A stretch of 12,181 nt of DNA from Candidatus Methylomirabilia bacterium (GTDB lineage: Bacteria > Methylomirabilota > Methylomirabilia > Rokubacteriales > CSP1-6): the NCBI GenBank assembly GCA_041492755.1, contig JBGPXN010000141.1:1-12181 (forward strand), in the 5' to 3' direction. The position numbers were made by a program, and so were the translations under genes. Below the pieces are notes generated by a model. That model did not search any database, was not told the DNA's origin, and saw only the letters and a list, made by a program, of their open reading frames with translations. Every line of letters begins with the position of its first letter. The first letter of the stretch is position 1. Shown here in pieces: positions 7,146-12,181 of the stretch.

Positions 7146-8063
7146 TCACGCGCGGACGATGGCCCGGAGCGCGGCGAGGACGGCGTCGAGGGCGGCGGGA
7201 TCGAGGGTGGCGCCGCGATCACCGGCGGTGTGGTAGGTGTCGAACGGCGGCGGGCGCCGGACGAGCCGGCGCAGGGCGCTGCGCACCGGGTTGAACACGA
7301 ACTGGCGGAGCGCATCCGCCTCCTGGAACGGGACCATCGTGAGCCCGTAGGCGGGAATGCCGGCCGCCGCGAACGCCCGGTGGTCGCTCCCGAAGACCGG
7401 AATCCGTCCGACCACGTGATAGCTTTCATCGGCCCGCCGGCCGAGCCCCTCCAGCGCGCCGCGCACCCGCTTCAAGAACGCCGTCTCCTCCGCGGCGTCC
7501 CAGATCGCCACCGCGTCGCCGATCCCGCACAGCTCGAGACTGAGCACCCCGTCGACGTCCCGCAGGTCGGTGTCACGCGCATAGGCGCGGGCACCGAGGT
7601 AGCCGAGCTCCTCCGCCGCCGTGAAGAGCACGCGAACGCGGCGACCGCGCGGTACGTCCCGCTCGAGGTCGCGCAGCAGGTGCAAGAGGATGCCGACGGC
7701 GGCGGCGTTGTCGTTGGCGCCGGGACTGCCGGGCACGGCGTCGTGGTGCGCGATGAGGACGAGCACGCGGTCCCCCGTCCCGACGTCGACGCTGAAATTC
7801 TCCCCGTGTCCCTCGAAGGACGCGAACCGATGCCGCGCGAACGGCGCAGCGCGGCGCTCCAGGTGCCAGGCCACCGCGGCCTCGCGCGCCTGGTTGGGCC
7901 GGCCCTCGAGCAGGCGGGAGAGCTCCAGCGGCGAGCTCGCCGCGACGAGGGTCTCCAGTGGAGCCGGCGGCGCGACGGGCCTGCCACGCCGGCGGTTGAG
8001 CGCGCGGCTGATCCCGCTGTTGAGACGGCCGCGCAGGAAGAAGCCGACGTCACGAAGGCTCAC
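7146..8063 (-). CDS. M28-family Zn metallopeptidase, 305 aa
   Basis: Motifs AHHD, PGANDNAAAV, AEELGYLGA, LELCG, SDHRAF and YHTAGD. GTG start. No signal peptide evident. Confidence 0.9.
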   Translation of the reverse strand: MSLRDVGFFLRGRLNSGISRALNRRRGRPVAPPAPLETLVAASSPLELSRLLEGRPNQAREAAVAWHLERRAAPFARHRFASFEGHGENFSVDVGTGDRVLVLIAHHDAVPGSPGANDNAAAVGILLHLLRDLERDVPRGRRVRVLFTAAEELGYLGARAYARDTDLRDVDGVLSLELCGIGDAVAIWDAAEETAFLKRVRGALEGLGRRADESYHVVGRIPVFGSDHRAFAAAGIPAYGLTMVPFQEADALRQFVFNPVRSALRRLVRRPPPFDTYHTAGDRGATLDPAALDAVLAALRAIVRA

Positions 8064-8069
8064 GAAGCG

Positions 8070-8078
8070 ATGCTACCA
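8070..8078 (-). promoter_or_regulatory. Extended -10 element (TGG-TAGCAT), probably giving a leaderless peptidase mRNA
   Basis: The minus strand reads TGG TAGCAT CGCTTC GTG: 6 nt to GTG 8063, with no SD. Confidence 0.5.
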
Positions 8079-8131
8079 GGACGCGGGGGTTGAGCCCGGC
8101 GCGGTTTTCTGTTGTCATCACCCGGCAGGCC

Positions 8132-9112
8132 ATGACCCATCCGCGCAAGCGAAAACCCCGCCGGCGTCCGCCGCCGTCCCGCGAGCGCCGCGCGCCGCGA
8201 GAGCGTCGCGCCCCACCGTCGAGCCGGGACCGCCGGGGGCGCACGACGCGAGATCGCCGCGCGCCGGCACCGGCGCCGGCATTCTCGGACGCCGCCTTCG
8301 AGCGGCACTTCGCGCCGATCCTCGAGCGGTACCGAAACACGCTGGAGACGCTTCGGCGCTGGCGGACACTGGTCAACGAGCGCGCGGCCGCGCTGGCGGA
8401 CTTCATCAAGCGCACGATGGACGACGCCTATGCGAATCGCGTCTACTACCAGGTGCTCGGGGGCGTCATCAACGCGCCCACGGCCGAGAGCCTGCCGCGC
8501 CCCTGCCACTTCGACCCGCGCCACCTCGCACGCGTGCTGGGCGACCCGAAAGGCGGCGAGGGCGCGGGACGGCGCGTCTTCGATCCGTGGACGGGACGCT
8601 GGCAGGGCAAGTGGACGTCGGGCCCGAACCGTCCGGCGAGTGACACCGAGCCGGCCAACCCCTCGCCACAGTCCCACGTGTGGGACGGAACGCGTCAGGT
8701 CGACGGCGCCACCGTGCAGCCGGTCAGCCAGTCCGAGCGTGGCTGGGTCGACAGCAGCAACGTCGATAGCGAGACGGACGCCGGCCACACCGACCTCGGC
8801 ATCAACGTCTACGATGACGGCGCCGGCCTCGGCGGCTGGGTATCCAAGCGCCAGCACGGACAGAGCTTCGAGCTGCCGCACATCGGATTTCGCGTGGCCC
8901 CCGGGGTCTTGATCTGGATCACGCAGAAGCACGATCGCGACGGCAACGCGCTCGAAGACACCTTCTCCGTCTGCGTCGAATGGGTCGACGAGAACGGCAA
9001 CTACGGCATTCTCGGGCGGCGCTTCAAGCTCGAGGGTGACAGCGTGCGTGAGCTGACGCCGGCCGAGAGCTACGAGGGTGAGCGGCACGGCGGGGTCTAC
9101 CGCAAGAGCTGA
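8132..9112 (+). CDS. Hypothetical protein, about 326 aa, with an Arg/Pro-rich N-terminal arm and a possible beta-barrel C-terminal domain
   Basis: GC3-rich codon usage and normal amino-acid composition after residue ~50. Fills the gap between the peptidase and yfbR. Start uncertain (ATG 8132; the track uses TTG 8090). Confidence 0.75.
   Translation: MTHPRKRKPRRRPPPSRERRAPRERRAPPSSRDRRGRTTRDRRAPAPAPAFSDAAFERHFAPILERYRNTLETLRRWRTLVNERAAALADFIKRTMDDAYANRVYYQVLGGVINAPTAESLPRPCHFDPRHLARVLGDPKGGEGAGRRVFDPWTGRWQGKWTSGPNRPASDTEPANPSPQSHVWDGTRQVDGATVQPVSQSERGWVDSSNVDSETDAGHTDLGINVYDDGAGLGGWVSKRQHGQSFELPHIGFRVAPGVLIWITQKHDRDGNALEDTFSVCVEWVDENGNYGILGRRFKLEGDSVRELTPAESYEGERHGGVYRKS
8180..8266 (+). repeat. 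Degenerate 18-nt coding repeat R(E/D)RRAP, three copies
   Basis: 8180-8197 CGCGAGCGCCGCGCGCCG; 8198-8215 CGAGAGCGTCGCGCCCCA; 8249-8266 CGAGATCGCCGCGCGCCG. Confidence 0.7.
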
Positions 9113-9150
9113 GGCGGTCGTCACCGGCGACAGGGGCGGCCGGGGGACGG

Positions 9151-9240
9151 CTACTGGTAGATCTCGTTGAAGCGCGTCTTGAGCGCCTTTCCCTCGCGCT
9201 CGACCTGGTCGTAATCCACTGTGGCGGCGGTCCGCTTCAT
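9151..9240 (-). CDS. 29-aa small ORF MKRTAATVDYDQVEREGKALKTRFNEIYQ (small protein or collapsed gene)
   Basis: GGAGG (9250-9246) lies 5 nt before ATG 9240. Host-like codons. TAG at 9153-9151. A consensus -35 lies upstream. Confidence 0.65.
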   Translation of the reverse strand: MKRTAATVDYDQVEREGKALKTRFNEIYQ

Positions 9241-9261
9241 GCTGTCCTCCCGACGGCGCTC

Positions 9262-9290
9262 TAGGTACAATCACCCGCACCCGCTGTCAA
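9262..9290 (-). promoter_or_regulatory. Candidate promoter for the small ORF, overlapping a divergent -10 facing yfbR
   Basis: Minus strand: TTGACA (9290-9285), 17 nt, TACCTA (9267-9262; imperfect -10). Plus strand: TACAAT at 9266-9271. Confidence 0.45.
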
Positions 9291-9344
9291 TATGCGGGAT
9301 CTCGCGCTCTCGATACGGGGGATCTCGATCATGCGCGACGCCGC

Positions 9345-9923
9345 GTGAGCCACCTCTTCGCGTACCTCTCCCGGATGAAGCTGATCCAGCGCTGGGGACT
9401 GATGCACAGCGCCTATCCGGAGAACGTCCAGGAGCACACGGCGCGGGTCGCGCAGATCGCGCACGCGCTGGCGTTGATCCGCAATCGGCTCTTCGGCGGC
9501 GCCGTCGATCCCGAGCGCGCGGCCGCGCTCGCCCTCTACCACGACGCGAGCGAGGTCCTCACCGGCGACCTGCCCACGCCCGTCAAGAACTTCAACCCCG
9601 ACATCGAAACGGCGTACCGGGGCATCGAACGCGCGGCCCGGGAAAAGCTTCTCAGCATGGTTCCCGAGGTCCTCAAACCGGACTACGCGGCGTACTTCCG
9701 GCCCTCCCCCGCCGATGCCGTGCACCTCGAGATCGTCAAGGCGGCCGACAAGCTCTGCGCGTACATCAAGTGCCTGGAAGAGATCGGCGCCGGGAACCCG
9801 GAGTTCTCGGAAGCGCAGCGCGCCGTGGCCGCCAGCGTGGCGCAGCTGACACAGCCGGAAGTCCGCTACTTCGTGGAGACGTTCCTGCCCAGCTTCAAGC
9901 TGACGCTCGACGAGCTGAAGTAG
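9345..9923 (+). CDS. yfbR: 5'-deoxynucleotidase YfbR (HD domain), 192 aa
   Basis: SHLFAYLSRMKLIQRWGLM, ENVQEH, YHDASEVLTGDLPTPVK, ADKLCAYIKCLEE, GNPEF, FLPSFKLTLDE. Confidence 0.93.
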   Translation: MSHLFAYLSRMKLIQRWGLMHSAYPENVQEHTARVAQIAHALALIRNRLFGGAVDPERAAALALYHDASEVLTGDLPTPVKNFNPDIETAYRGIERAAREKLLSMVPEVLKPDYAAYFRPSPADAVHLEIVKAADKLCAYIKCLEEIGAGNPEFSEAQRAVAASVAQLTQPEVRYFVETFLPSFKLTLDELK

Positions 9924-9924
9924 C

Positions 9925-9946
9925 GCCGGCGGCGAGTCGCGCCGGC
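9925..9946. terminator. GC-rich hairpin between convergent yfbR and tatD
   Basis: GCCGGCG-N8-CGCCGGC fills the 24-nt gap. No U-tract on either strand. Confidence 0.3.
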
Positions 9947-9947
9947 C

Positions 9948-10730
9948 TCACGCCACGCCGAACAGCGCGCAGGCGTTGGTGGTGAGGCGGGCCGCCAGGT
10001 CGGGCAGCGCCTCGCCGCGCAGCTCGGCGACGCGCGCCGCGGTCAACGCCAGGTACGCCGGCTCGTTGCGCTGGCCGCGGTAGCCCTGCGGCGGCAGGAA
10101 CGGGCAATCGGTCTCGACCACGAGCCGGTCCACCGGCACGAACCGTGCGACCGCCGGCAGCGCCCGGGCGTTCGGATACGTGACGGGGCCGGCCAGTGAG
10201 ATGGTGAGGCCGAGATCGAGACAGCGGCGGGCGATCTCCACGTCGCCGGAGAAGCAGTGCATGATGCCCCCGCGCGGCAGTCGCTCCTCCCCGAGGATGC
10301 CCAGCACGTCGGCGTGTGCGTCGCGGCAGTGGATCAGCACGGGCTTCCCCACCCGGCCCGCCAGCGCGAGGAGTCGCCGGAACACGTCCGCCTGCGCGGG
10401 GCGCGGCGAAAGATCCCGGAAATAATCGAGTCCGATCTCGCCAATCGCGACGACCCTCGGCTCGCCGGCCAGCCGTTCGATCTCGTGCAGCGCGGCGTCG
10501 TCCACGTCGCCCGCATCGTGCGGGTGCACGCCGACGGCGGCCCAGACGTCGGGCCGTCGCTCGGCCAGGGCGATCGCCGCGCGCGAGGACTCGACCTCGG
10601 TGCCGATCGTGAGCATCCGCCGCACTCCGGCCGCGTGCGCGCGGCCGAGCACGGCGTCGAGATCCGCCGCGAACTCGGGGAAATGCAAGTGGGCGTGGGT
10701 ATCGAACAGGTCCGGTGTCGTGCCGGTCAT
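9948..10730 (-). CDS. tatD: TatD-family DNase (YcfH-like), 260 aa
   Basis: Motifs DTHAHL, GVHPH, GEIGLDY, IHCRDA, HCFSG, ETDCPFL and RNEP. Confidence 0.93.
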   Translation of the reverse strand: MTGTTPDLFDTHAHLHFPEFAADLDAVLGRAHAAGVRRMLTIGTEVESSRAAIALAERRPDVWAAVGVHPHDAGDVDDAALHEIERLAGEPRVVAIGEIGLDYFRDLSPRPAQADVFRRLLALAGRVGKPVLIHCRDAHADVLGILGEERLPRGGIMHCFSGDVEIARRCLDLGLTISLAGPVTYPNARALPAVARFVPVDRLVVETDCPFLPPQGYRGQRNEPAYLALTAARVAELRGEALPDLAARLTTNACALFGVA

Positions 10731-10743
10731 TCCCGCGCTTCCG

Positions 10744-12072
10744 TCACTTCAACGCTTCCTGAAGCACGCGGCCGTCGACCTCGGGCGCCGGCACGCCGAG
10801 CAGCCGCGCCACCGTCGGCGCGACGTCGATCAGCCGCACGCGATCCAGCACCACGCCCGCGCGCAGGCCCGCGCCGGCGGCGACGAAACCCGTCGCCATG
10901 CTCGGGCGCGACGGCAGGTAGCCGTGCGCGCCGCCCTTCCCCGACCCCGTCAGGCCGCGCCCGCAACTGCCGCTCACCATGTACCCGGGCGCGCCCTCCA
11001 GACCGAGCGCGGCGCCCGGCATCGCGCCGAGCGCGTCCAGCTCGGCGCGCGTGAGCACCGTATAGCGGTCCTTCGCCGCCGCGCGCAAGGCGGCCTCCGC
11101 CCGTGCACGAGCGTCGTCGTCACCGGGCGGGCTCACGAATACGCCCGCGGAGCCGCCGCTGACGTGCGCGGTGGCCCGGTACGCAGGATCCGACCACGGA
11201 CAACCGCCCAGACCGGCGCGGGCCAGGACCTCGTTGGGAAAGACGGTGCGCGAGACGTCCTGGAAGCCGTGATCGCCGACCACGACGATCGCCGTGCGGT
11301 CGGCGATCCCCGCATCGCGCAGCGCGCTCTGGAGGGCGCCGAGATGCTGGTCGATCCGGCCGAACGCCGCGGCGAGCTCGGTGGCCGCGCGCCCGCCGCG
11401 ATGCTGGAAGTAGTCGAGCTGGACGAGATGCAGCAGCAACAGATTCGGCTTGCCTGTCCGGAGGATGGCCGACGCCGTGGCCGTGAGGAACTCGTCCCAG
11501 CGCACGACGTCCTTGAACATCTCGGGCGACGGCGTCACCCCCAGGCGCTCGAAGAGACCGGGAGTCGAGGCGGCCAGCAGCAGCGGCCGCGGGTCCGGCC
11601 GCGCGTAGTAGTCGCGCTCGGCCACCAGCCAGTCGATGCGGGCACCGAGCGTCACCGGCCACGCGACAGCCGCGGTCGTGCGCCCGGCCGCGCGCGCCCA
11701 GTCCCAGAGCGGCGGCGCCCGTAAGTCCGTTGCCTCCTCGTACCAGCGGCTGCGTCCACTGCGCGGATCGAAGATCACGTTGAAGTGAATGCCGTGCCGG
11801 TCGGGCCGGACGCCGGTGACGATCGACGCGTGTCCCGGATACGTGACCGACGGAAAGACGGCCTCCGCGGCGCGCGCCGACGTTCCGGCCCCGGCCAGCG
11901 CACGCAGGCGCGGAATTCCGGACCGGTCGTCGAGGTAGAACTCGGGGCGCAGGCCGTCGAGCGAGATGAGCACGACGTGCTGGACCACGGGTGTCGATGC
12001 GTTTCCGATCGCGACGACGTTCAGCGCCACCAGCGCCGCCAACGCGACGACCGCCGCGGCCACGGCTCTCAC
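10744..12072 (-). CDS. Secreted nucleotide pyrophosphatase/phosphodiesterase (alkaline phosphatase superfamily), 442 aa
   Basis: Hydrophobic N-terminal signal. Motifs ISLDG, FPSVTYPGH (Thr nucleophile), DYFQH, GDHG and GAHGY. Confidence 0.9.
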   Translation of the reverse strand: MRAVAAAVVALAALVALNVVAIGNASTPVVQHVVLISLDGLRPEFYLDDRSGIPRLRALAGAGTSARAAEAVFPSVTYPGHASIVTGVRPDRHGIHFNVIFDPRSGRSRWYEEATDLRAPPLWDWARAAGRTTAAVAWPVTLGARIDWLVAERDYYARPDPRPLLLAASTPGLFERLGVTPSPEMFKDVVRWDEFLTATASAILRTGKPNLLLLHLVQLDYFQHRGGRAATELAAAFGRIDQHLGALQSALRDAGIADRTAIVVVGDHGFQDVSRTVFPNEVLARAGLGGCPWSDPAYRATAHVSGGSAGVFVSPPGDDDARARAEAALRAAAKDRYTVLTRAELDALGAMPGAALGLEGAPGYMVSGSCGRGLTGSGKGGAHGYLPSRPSMATGFVAAGAGLRAGVVLDRVRLIDVAPTVARLLGVPAPEVDGRVLQEALK

Positions 12073-12088
12073 CGCCGGGCCGATCCCG

Positions 12089-12181
12089 TCACGGCACGAC
12101 CCGAAACCCGAGGCGCCCGACGAGCTGGCCCGCGCTCGTGACCACGTCCACCGACCAGCGCCCGATCGGATCGGCCGGGAA
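12089..12181 (-). CDS. 3' end of a probable DUF2914-domain protein entering from outside the window
   Basis: Manual translation FPADPIGRWSVDVVTSAGQLVGRLGFRVVP* matches the recalled G-x-W-x-V-D-V...GQL-x-GR-x-x-F C-terminus. The stop lies 16 nt before the phosphodiesterase start. Confidence 0.65.
   Translation of the reverse strand, partial: FPADPIGRWSVDVVTSAGQLVGRLGFRVVP

Noticed and set aside
7146..7429. Pro/Ser-rich N-terminal extension of the solute-binding ORF
   Set aside because: It is an alternative frame of the peptidase 3' end, with no signal peptide or RBS.
10257..12141. Long plus-strand ORFs opposite tatD and the phosphodiesterase
   Set aside because: Antisense shadows of well-supported genes.
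1..12181. tRNA, rRNA, CRISPR array, IS element or integrase
   Set aside because: No cloverleaf, repeat-spacer pattern, terminal inverted repeats or recombinase motifs seen by eye. Covariance-model searches were not run.

Overview
High-GC bacterial chromosomal window, mostly a mosaic of metabolic genes. In order: the 5' end of a carboxylesterase (-), a fused enoyl-CoA hydratase/3-hydroxyacyl-CoA dehydrogenase (+), a CaiB/BaiF CoA-transferase (-), a SET-domain protein (-), a thioesterase and CinA/PncC-like pair (+), a broken SsuA/THI5-like solute-binding gene (-), an M28 peptidase (-), an orphan protein with an Arg-rich repeat arm (+), yfbR (+), tatD (-), a secreted nucleotide pyrophosphatase/phosphodiesterase (-) and the 3' end of a DUF2914-like gene (-). 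The most unusual part is a visibly less GC-rich insert at about 2268-3470. It carries a toxin-first RelE/ParE (Gp49-like) + XRE-HTH toxin-antitoxin pair with its own promoter and operator palindrome. The toxin has no canonical start codon. Directly after the antitoxin is an unannotated remnant of a C5 DNA cytosine methyltransferase, so this may be a decayed TA-linked methyltransferase/defence cassette. Several sub-threshold stubs missed by the ORF track are also present (two short ORFs with strong RBSs). All family calls come from motif recognition, not database searches.
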